Of a DNA stretch of 64,000 bases, positions 41,208-48,525 are shown piece after piece. Position 1 is the first letter of the stretch; each line of letters begins with the position of its first letter. Source of the DNA: Spirochaetota bacterium (lineage in GTDB: Bacteria > Spirochaetota > UBA6919 > CBDBPB01); assembly GCA_965208615.1 (NCBI GenBank), contig CBDBPB010000007.1:320001-384000 (forward strand). The letters are read 5' to 3'. A program made the translations under genes and the position numbers. The notes beneath the pieces were generated by a model. The model worked only from the letters and a program-made list of their open reading frames with translations, did no database searches and had not been told where the DNA came from.

Positions 41208-42350
41208 CTAATTATTAGGTATCTTCATATTATTTAATATTTTATCAGGTTCGATCCAATCAATATTAAAGTTATTTGCGATGTTTTTGTTAACTACCTC
41301 TCCATAGATGGTATTTAGGCCAGTTTTAATATAAGGGTTATTTTCTATGGCTAGTTTAATATTCTTAAGTGCTATTTGTTGGATAAAAGGAAAGCTTGCA
41401 TAGGACAATACATAAGTGGATGTTTTAGCAACAATACTTGGCATATTTGTTACACAATAGTGTATCACGCCATTTTCTATATATATGGGGTTATCATGAT
41501 CGGTTGGACGGCTTGTTTCAAAGGCACCTCCTTGATCAATGGATACGTCAACTAAAACACTTTTTTTATCCATTAGTTTTAGCATATCTCTGGTTATTAG
41601 TATAGGAGGCTTTTCCCCTACTGTGTGTATACCTGATATTACTAGATCAGTAGTTTTTATGCTATTTATTATATTTTCTTTATTGGAGTATAAAAGTTTT
41701 ATATTTTTAACTGGCATAAGCTCGTGGATAGTTCTTAGCCTGTTTAGATCTAAGTCTAACAGTGTAATATTAGCTCTCAATCGGCTGGCAACATAGCATG
41801 CATTTATACCAACAGTACCCCCGCCAAGTATTAACACATTACCTGGGTGAATTTTAGGCATACCACCTAGTAATATTCCTTTACCACCGTTTGTATTTTC
41901 TAAATAGTGCATCCCAATTTGGACTGATAGCTTTCCAGCTATAGCACTCATTTGTGATAGAATAGGTAGTTTATTATCTTCTACTTGGAGGGTCTCATAA
42001 GCTATTGCTATGCACCTAGAGTTTATTATATGTTTTAGGAGGTCAAAATTAGAGGCAAAGTGAAAAAAGGTAAATATAATTTGTTTTTCTCTAATCAGGC
42101 TATATTCTTCTTTTTGAGGTTCTTTAACTTTAATTATTAAGTTTGCTTCGTTGTAAATATCTTTAATATCGCTAATTATACTAGCTCCAGCGTCTATATA
42201 CTCCTGATCATATATATCTGCATTTAGCCCGGCATCTTTTTGAACTAGTACTTTATTACCTTGTTCAACGAGTTTTTTAACATAGAAAGGTATTAAACCC
42301 ACTCTATTTTCAAAAGGCTTTAATTCTTTAGGTACGCCAATAGTTATCAT
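41208..42350 (-). CDS. ald: alanine dehydrogenase
   Basis: IGVPKE, ENRV, KVKEP, IAYET, GKGILLGG, GGGTVG, VDVSIDQGG, HYCVTNMP. Confidence 0.95.
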   Translation of the reverse strand: MITIGVPKELKPFENRVGLIPFYVKKLVEQGNKVLVQKDAGLNADIYDQEYIDAGASIISDIKDIYNEANLIIKVKEPQKEEYSLIREKQIIFTFFHFASNFDLLKHIINSRCIAIAYETLQVEDNKLPILSQMSAIAGKLSVQIGMHYLENTNGGKGILLGGMPKIHPGNVLILGGGTVGINACYVASRLRANITLLDLDLNRLRTIHELMPVKNIKLLYSNKENIINSIKTTDLVISGIHTVGEKPPILITRDMLKLMDKKSVLVDVSIDQGGAFETSRPTDHDNPIYIENGVIHYCVTNMPSIVAKTSTYVLSYASFPFIQQIALKNIKLAIENNPYIKTGLNTIYGEVVNKNIANNFNIDWIEPDKILNNMKIPNN

Positions 42351-42557
42351 ATTATATTATATATACTTTTTTCAGTTTATACAAAAGTTTTAGTATATAC
42401 CTAGAATTATATTTACTTTTATTTTACTAGTCAACTTTGATTTTAAAAGATTAACTAGATTAGCTTTTTTTATTGTACTATGTTAATTTTTCCTATTTTG
42501 ATTAGCTTTAATATATTAATCGGCAAAATAATACCCTAATAATTAGGGAGGTGTTTA

Positions 42558-43259
42558 ATGAGGCTTAATTTAAGGATATTTGTGATTTTAGTTGGTATAG
42601 TTGGTACTATAGCTGGTGCTATAGGTGGTTCTATAATTGGGGGTGGTTTAGGTGATACTATGCCGAGCTTTATAATTTGTATAGCTAGTATAGTTGGTTT
42701 AGTAGTTGGCATTAAGCTTCGTTCTACAATTGGGACTAAAGCTAATTTTATATTTGGTATAATTGGCTTTATATTTGGTGGTATATTTGGTGGTATAGTT
42801 GCGTTTATAACTGAAGCTATAATTGGGAGTTCAGGTTGTCATAATATAGGTTGTGCCATACTTAGTATGGCTGTTATAGTTAGTTTAGTAGTTGGGGGTG
42901 GTATAGGTGGCCTTATAGTTAGCATAGCTAGTATAATTGGTTTTGTAGTTGGTAGTAAAACTCCTACTATAGGTGGTAGTACAGTTAGTTTTATATTTGG
43001 TATATTTTACGCTATAGTTGGTATAGTTCTAAGTGGTTTTATAGTTATTATAGTTATTATGACTGATCGTTCACTTGGTGATATAGCTGGTGCTGTATAT
43101 AGTAGTATAGATAGTGATGTAGAATTTCATACGTTCTTTTTTATGGTTGGTTCTATAACTGGTTTTATAGTTGGGGTTATAGTTGGTTTTATAGCTTGTA
43201 TAGTTGCTAGTATTTTAAAAAAGAAGATTGGATTAAGAGAGGAAAATATATGTCAATGA
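42558..43259 (+). CDS. glycine-rich (GxxxG) multi-pass membrane protein, divergent member of the downstream array
   Basis: GGGAGG RBS; six or more Gly-zipper hydrophobic segments; its upstream region 42405-42441 matches the array leader. Confidence 0.75.
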   Translation: MRLNLRIFVILVGIVGTIAGAIGGSIIGGGLGDTMPSFIICIASIVGLVVGIKLRSTIGTKANFIFGIIGFIFGGIFGGIVAFITEAIIGSSGCHNIGCAILSMAVIVSLVVGGGIGGLIVSIASIIGFVVGSKTPTIGGSTVSFIFGIFYAIVGIVLSGFIVIIVIMTDRSLGDIAGAVYSSIDSDVEFHTFFFMVGSITGFIVGVIVGFIACIVASILKKKIGLREENICQ

Positions 43260-43464
43260 TTTGTTAACAAGAGTTTCAGCAAATATAACAAAAAACGTTC
43301 TAACAGCCATTTTTTTATAGGTGTTAACTTAAGTTAATATCTGGTCAAATACCATATAACGTCAATATATAATAGGTTTAAGAATTTGTCTATTACTTTG
43401 TATAATAGTAAACTTTTGTCCCTATGTAATTCTTGCTCTCAGACATAGTTTCTTAACATCTTTC

Positions 43465-43510
43465 ATAGAGTTCCTTAAGTCATATAGCCATATCACTTAA
43501 GGAACTCTAT
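43465..43510. repeat. 46-bp near-perfect palindrome
   Basis: ATAGAGTTCCTTAAGT ... ACTTAAGGAACTCTAT perfect 16-bp arms plus inner ATAT/ATAT pairing. Confidence 0.9.
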
Positions 43511-43874
43511 AGGAACATAGTAAAATAAGGTGTTTGACACTAAGAATTACCTTTTCCGCAATATCTTATTTTTCTTGCTCCACAAGTAGATATAAAATAC
43601 ATCCATTTTAACATTATATATCAATTAATAAAGTATAAAACTTATTATTAACAAGCTCTTGTTTAACTAGTTAAACTATCATGGCTTTCTTTTTTTATGC
43701 TTAATAGAGCAATAAATAACATTGCCTAAGCTATCTAATTATTTGTTATTAGCAATTTGGGCATTTTTATTTAGTTTTAGTATATTTATATTCGCAATGA
43801 TTTAAGGTTTTATAGTTTAATTGTGTATAGGGGAATATGGTATTTATAATATCCTTATTAGGAGGGCTTTAGAT

Positions 43875-44345
43875 ATGAAAGACACGGTTATTGCTATTAC
43901 TATTGGTACTACTATTGTTGGTGCTATGGTTGGTGGTTCTGTTGGTGGTATTGTTGGTGTTATTGTTGGTGGTATTGTTGGTGTTATTGTTGGCGTTATT
44001 GTTGGTGTTATTGCTAAAAAGAAAGATGAAAGAGAAAGAGAGGAAAGAAAGAAGCCTAAGGTTTCTAATCATGAGCCTATGAATAGGAGGGCTTTAAACA
44101 TTAAAGACCAGGATAAGTTAGATATTGTTCATAGAGCTGTGATTTTTGCTATTATTCTTGGTGCTTTTGTTGGTCGTATTGGTGGTAGTACTGGTGTTTT
44201 TGATAATGGTATTTTTGGTGTTATTGTTGGTGTTATTGTTGGTGGTTTTGTTGGTGCTACTCTTGGCGCTATTGTTGGTGGTGCTATTTTTATTGTTTTA
44301 GAAAACAGAGAAAAAAGAAAAGAAAGAAAGAGAGAGCTATCTTAA
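43875..44345 (+). CDS. glycine-zipper membrane protein, fusion of two array cassettes
   Basis: AGGAGG RBS before ATG 43875 (MKD...); second RBS/start relic AGGAGGGCTTTAAACATTAAAGAC at 44085-44108. Confidence 0.75.
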   Translation: MKDTVIAITIGTTIVGAMVGGSVGGIVGVIVGGIVGVIVGVIVGVIAKKKDEREREERKKPKVSNHEPMNRRALNIKDQDKLDIVHRAVIFAIILGAFVGRIGGSTGVFDNGIFGVIVGVIVGGFVGATLGAIVGGAIFIVLENREKRKERKRELS

Positions 44346-44772
44346 TGATACTATTAACTCTCCTCATTATGTATATATAAAAAACATGCAAAAGCAGTTA
44401 GGCGATAATATTATTGATGAGGATGATCAAAATATGCTAATTAAGTTGTTATCATCAAAAGGTATTAATTTGACGAAGGCAGAGTTAACAAAGTTATTAG
44501 ATTATGAAAGGCAAAAGCAAGATTACATGAGTTTTAGGTCAAAGGTTTTGTATAATAACCCTAAAACTGATGATGAGTTTATATTGAATTATATAAATAT
44601 ATGTAACGATAGTAATTATAATAGGAGGTTTTTATTTAGGTTATTAAGTGAGGAGGGCTTTAGTATAGAGGAGAAGGAGGAGTTATGTGATAAGATAGCT
44701 AGAGATAAGGAGAGAATAAGGTTAGCTATGCTTGAGGAGAGGCTTAGCGGTTCTAGTGAGGAGTCTAAATAG
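44338..44772 (+). pseudogene. out-of-frame C-terminal domain of the cassette protein
   Basis: YLNDTINSPHYVYIKNMQKQLGD... is homologous to the in-frame C-domain of 45088-45873; frame break in the GA tract at 44301-44337. Confidence 0.8.
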
Positions 44773-45103
44773 CATAGAAACCTTTGTTAAGTTAGCTGAA
44801 ACCAGTAAGATAGAACTGTTAAACAGAGATGACTTAAAGGAGCTTATCCAAGGTTATTAGTTATCATACTATAATTATATTTACTTTTATTTTACTAGTC
44901 AACCTTTGATTTACGTGGACTCTTTAATTATTAGTTATGGTTAGTTTAGCATAGTATTTTTATTTAGTTTGGGTTAATATTTGTTTTAGCTTTGGTATAT
45001 TTATATTCACAATAATTTAAGGCTTTATAGTTTAATTGTGTATAGGGGAATATGGTATTTATAATATTTATTAGGAGGGCTTTAAACATGAAAGACAAGG
45101 TTG
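44338..45103 (+). repeat. direct repeat copy 1 (period 1101 bp) of cassette C-domain, tail and leader
   Basis: ATG 44386 matches 45487; 44765 matches 45866; intergenic part almost identical. Confidence 0.95.
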
Positions 45104-45873
45104 ATTTTAGTATTGGTAGTGCTATTCTTGGTGCTATTCTTGGTGCTATTCTTGGTGTTGCTATTGTTGTTAGTTCTATTGTTGGCTTAATTGTTGGTGC
45201 TAATGTTGGTGCTAATGTTGGTGCTATTCTTGGTGCTATTATTGGTGCTATTGGTGGTGTTGCTATTGTTGTTAGTGCTATTGTTGGCTTAATTGTTGGT
45301 GTTGGTATTGGTGGTGCTATTGATGGAGCTATTGGTGGTGCTATTGTTGGCTTAATTGTTGGTGTTGGTATTGGTGGTGCTATTGATGCAGAAAAAAAAG
45401 AAAGAGAAAAAGAAAGAGAAAAAGAAAGAAGAAAGAAATACCTTTATGATTTTATTAATTCTCCTAAGTATGTATATATAAAAAACATGCAAAAGCAGTT
45501 AGGCGATAATATTATTGGTGAGGATGATCAAAATGTGCTAATTGAGTTGTTATCATCTAAAGGTATCAAGTTGACGGAGAAAGAGTTAAAAAAGTTATTA
45601 GATTATGAAAAGCAAGAGCAGGATTATACGAGCTTTAGGTCAAGGGTCTTGTATAATAACCCTAAAACTGATGATGATTATATATTGAATTATATAACTA
45701 TGTGTAACGATAGTGATTATGATAGGAGGTTTTTATTTAGGTTATTAAATAGGGAGGGCTTTAGTATAAAGAAGAAGGAGGAGTTATGTGATAAGATAGC
45801 TAAAAATAAGGAGAGAATAAGGTTAGTTATGCTTGAGGAGAAGCTTAAGGGGTCTAGTCATGAGCCTAAATAG
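45088..45873 (+). CDS. full-length cassette protein: variable Gly-zipper TM N-terminus, Lys/Glu/Arg linker, conserved helical C-domain
   Basis: AGGAGG RBS, MKDK start, GAILGAILG repeats, EKKEREKERE, C-domain ending GSSHEPK. Confidence 0.85.
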   Translation: MKDKVDFSIGSAILGAILGAILGVAIVVSSIVGLIVGANVGANVGAILGAIIGAIGGVAIVVSAIVGLIVGVGIGGAIDGAIGGAIVGLIVGVGIGGAIDAEKKEREKEREKERRKKYLYDFINSPKYVYIKNMQKQLGDNIIGEDDQNVLIELLSSKGIKLTEKELKKLLDYEKQEQDYTSFRSRVLYNNPKTDDDYILNYITMCNDSDYDRRFLFRLLNREGFSIKKKEELCDKIAKNKERIRLVMLEEKLKGSSHEPK

Positions 45874-46206
45874 CATAGAAACCTTTGTTAAGTTAGCTGA
45901 AACCAGTAAGATAGAACTGTTAAACAGAGATGACTTAAAGGAGCTTATCCAAGGTTATTAGTTATCATACTATAATTATATTTACTTTTATTTTACTAGT
46001 CAACCTTTGATTTACGTGGACTCTTTAATTATTAGTTATGGTTAGTTTAGCATAGTATTTTTATTTAGTTTGGGTTAATATTTGTTTTAGCTTTGGTATA
46101 TTTATATTCACAATAATTTAAGGTTTTATAGTTTAATTGTGTATAGGGGAATATGGTATTTATAATATCCTTATTAGGAGGGCTTTAAATATGAAAGACA
46201 AGGTTG
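45439..46206 (+). repeat. direct repeat copy 2 of the cassette module
   Basis: matches 44338-45103 with a 2-bp indel before the RBS. Confidence 0.95.
45860..45961 (+). CDS. putative 33-aa tail ORF MSLNSIETFVKLAETSKIELLNRDDLKELIQGY (copies at 44756-44860 and 46462-46563)
   Basis: open in all three copies, overlaps the upstream stop, AAGGGG 7 nt before ATG in this copy. Confidence 0.45.
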   Translation: MSLNSIETFVKLAETSKIELLNRDDLKELIQGY

Positions 46207-46475
46207 TTGGTACTGCTATTATTGTTGTTGGTGGTATTGCTGGCTTAACTGTTGGTACTGCTATTGTTTATAGTATTGTCGCTATGGTTAGTGATGCAGC
46301 TATTGTTGGTGCTATTGTTGGTTCTATTTCTGGTATTATTGGTACTGCTATTGTTGTTGCTATTGGTGGTACTATTATTGGTGCTGCTACAGGTGCTATT
46401 GGTGGTACTGTTAAAAAGAGAGAAAGAGCAAGAAAAAGAGAGAAGCTTAATGATTCTAGTCATGAGCCTAAATAG
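46191..46475 (+). CDS. short cassette protein: Gly-zipper TM region and charged tail, C-domain deleted
   Basis: AGGAGG RBS, MKDK start, ends KLNDSSHEPK like the full-length copy. Confidence 0.78.
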   Translation: MKDKVVGTAIIVVGGIAGLTVGTAIVYSIVAMVSDAAIVGAIVGSISGIIGTAIVVAIGGTIIGAATGAIGGTVKKRERARKREKLNDSSHEPK

Positions 46476-46619
46476 CATAGAAACCTTTGTTAAGTTAGCT
46501 GAGGTTAGTAAGATAGAACTGTTAAACAGAGATGACTTAGAGCAGTTTATCCAAGGTTATTAACTATTATGCTTGTTTTATTATATTTATGTATTATTTT
46601 TTAAATTAGTTGGTATATC

Positions 46620-47390
46620 ATGGCTGAACCAATAATTGAGCTTAGGAATATTAGCAAATCTTTTAATGAACATAATCTTTTGAAGGACGTAAATTTAAAG
46701 GTATATGAAAATGACTCCATAACTATTATAGGTCCTGGGGGCAGTGGAAAGACTGTATTATTAAAGATAATGGCATTAGTTATACAGCCTGATTCGGGTG
46801 AGATTTTGTATTATGGTAAGAATATTAGTCATATAAGTAAAAAGGCACTTCAAAGGATTCGTCTTAAAGCGGGTATGCTTTTTCAGAACTATGCTCTCTT
46901 TGACTCAATGACTGTTAGGGATAATATAGGCTTTTATTTGGATACTCATACAAATATCCACCATAGTAAGGTATCTAAAATTGTTACAGAAAATCTAAGG
47001 CGGGTTAGTTTAAGGGGTATTGAACATTTAAAGCCTGATGAACTATCCGGAGGTATGAAAAAGCGTGTTGGTATTGCAAGGGCAATAGCTCATAAGCCGG
47101 AAATAGTATTTTTGGATGAGCCTACTTCTGGTCTGGATCCTGTTACCACCGACTCTATTAGTAAGTTAATAAACAATTTGCATGACGAACTATATTTTAC
47201 TATGATAAACGTGACTAATGATATGGACTGTGCTAGTAAGCTTGGTAATAAGTTAGCAATGCTTTATGATGGTAAAATACACATAATGGGTGATAAAAAA
47301 AAGCTTTGGAAGCTAAGTGATACAGTGTTACAGCAGTTCATACAGGGAAAAAGAAAGGGACCTATTAAAATATACGAAAAGCAGTCTTAG
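46620..47390 (+). CDS. ABC transporter ATP-binding protein, MlaF/Mkl family
   Basis: GPGGSGKT, GMLFQNYALFDSMTV, LSGGMKKRVGIARA, LDEPTSGLDP, QFIQG. Confidence 0.9.
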   Translation: MAEPIIELRNISKSFNEHNLLKDVNLKVYENDSITIIGPGGSGKTVLLKIMALVIQPDSGEILYYGKNISHISKKALQRIRLKAGMLFQNYALFDSMTVRDNIGFYLDTHTNIHHSKVSKIVTENLRRVSLRGIEHLKPDELSGGMKKRVGIARAIAHKPEIVFLDEPTSGLDPVTTDSISKLINNLHDELYFTMINVTNDMDCASKLGNKLAMLYDGKIHIMGDKKKLWKLSDTVLQQFIQGKRKGPIKIYEKQS

Positions 47391-47392
47391 TC

Positions 47393-48160
47393 TTGGATAA
47401 CCTAAAAGTTGATTTGGATAAGCTCTATACCGAGTTTAGTACTCATAGTTTTATAGAGTCTGATCCTATAAAGTTTGTGCATAGGTATAGTTTTCCGTTG
47501 GATCAGGAAGTTGTTGGATTATTATCATCATGTTTGGCATTTGGCCGTAGGGATAAGATAAACTTATTTATTAAAAAGCTACTATCTTATTTGGGGGATA
47601 GTCCTTATAATACTGTAATGAACTTTGACAAGGGCGATCTTGATATTATTAAGCCATTGGTATATCGTTTTATAAAGGGTGAGGATATTATAAGGCTACT
47701 ACACGCTTTAAAGCTTGCTTTTAGGGAGTATAACAGTTTAGAGGGTTTATTTAATTTATATTTTAGGGATAACTCGATAAGGTCTGCTATTATAGGTTTT
47801 ACTAGGTTTTTTCATGGTGTTAATCATAATGGTTTATCTGATAGAGAAAGGAATTATAGATTTCTTTTACCTTCTCCGTTGTCTGGCAGTGCATGTAAGA
47901 GGATCAATTTGTTTTTGAGGTGGATGATCAGAAAAGACAAAGTAGATATTGGTTTATGGGATAGTATTGACAAAAGGCATCTTTTAATCCCTGTGGATAC
48001 TCATGTAGCAAGGGTTTCCAAGTTATTGGGCTTAACTAATCGTAAGAGTGCTGATTGGAAAATGGCTGAGGAGATAACAGATAAGTTAAGGGTTTTTGAT
48101 TTTGATGATCCTGTTAAATATGACTTTGCATTATTTGGATATGGTCTTAATGTTTTATAA
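47393..48160 (+). CDS. TIGR02757/DUF2400 family protein
   Basis: DPI, LAFGR, SACKRINLFLRWMIR, DIGLW, IPVDTHV, DPVKYDFALFG. Confidence 0.9.
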   Translation: MDNLKVDLDKLYTEFSTHSFIESDPIKFVHRYSFPLDQEVVGLLSSCLAFGRRDKINLFIKKLLSYLGDSPYNTVMNFDKGDLDIIKPLVYRFIKGEDIIRLLHALKLAFREYNSLEGLFNLYFRDNSIRSAIIGFTRFFHGVNHNGLSDRERNYRFLLPSPLSGSACKRINLFLRWMIRKDKVDIGLWDSIDKRHLLIPVDTHVARVSKLLGLTNRKSADWKMAEEITDKLRVFDFDDPVKYDFALFGYGLNVL

Positions 48161-48217
48161 TGTTGCTTTCTAAGTGCTAACTTTACATTAAACTTTTAAA
48201 AAAGTATGTTTTAGGTA

Positions 48218-48273
48218 TTGACTATAAGTGTCAATTTAGTTAACATTATACTATGATAATGAGATTCGATCTC
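48218..48273 (+). promoter_or_regulatory. feoAB promoter with adjacent Fur-box-like operator
   Basis: TTGACT-N17-TAACAT, then GATAATGAGATTCGATCTC (14/19 to the E. coli Fur consensus) containing the dyad TGAGAT-N3-ATCTCA. Confidence 0.65.
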
Positions 48274-48301
48274 AACGCTTTAATATATAAAGAGGATAAA
48301 T

Positions 48302-48520
48302 ATGAGTTTAGATCAGGTAAAAGTAGGTAGTTATTTAAACATTGATCAGATTAAGGATATTAATCTTAAGAGTTATTTAATTCGTTTTGGTATTGATAAT
48401 GGTACTAGAGTACAATGTTTTCAAAAAATAGCTAATGGACCAGTAGTTATTAAGTTTAATAGGCAGGAAATTGCTTTAGGTGATGCTCTAGCTAAGAGTA
48501 TTATGGTTAGTGTTAATTAG
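48302..48520 (+). CDS. feoA: ferrous iron transport protein A
   Basis: LIRFGI..GT.V, GPVVIK...QEIALG...AKSI.V; directly upstream of feoB. Confidence 0.9.
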   Translation: MSLDQVKVGSYLNIDQIKDINLKSYLIRFGIDNGTRVQCFQKIANGPVVIKFNRQEIALGDALAKSIMVSVN

Positions 48521-48525
48521 GGTTA

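Noticed and set aside
43821-43874. upstream TTG/ATG extensions of the cassette ORFs (43821, 45052, 46137)
   Set aside because: A strong AGGAGG precedes the MKD ATG, and a 2-bp indel changes the extension frame between copies
43869-44082. poly-Leu/Val and poly-Asn/Thr ORFs (also 46245-46478 and the first part of 46252-46563)
   Set aside because: Alternate-frame readings of the 12-bp microsatellites; only the final 33 codons of 46252-46563 are kept as a candidate
42405-46563. diversity-generating retroelement or integron as the explanation for the cassette array
   Set aside because: No reverse transcriptase, no adenine-specific TR/VR pair, no integrase and no attC-like sites seen
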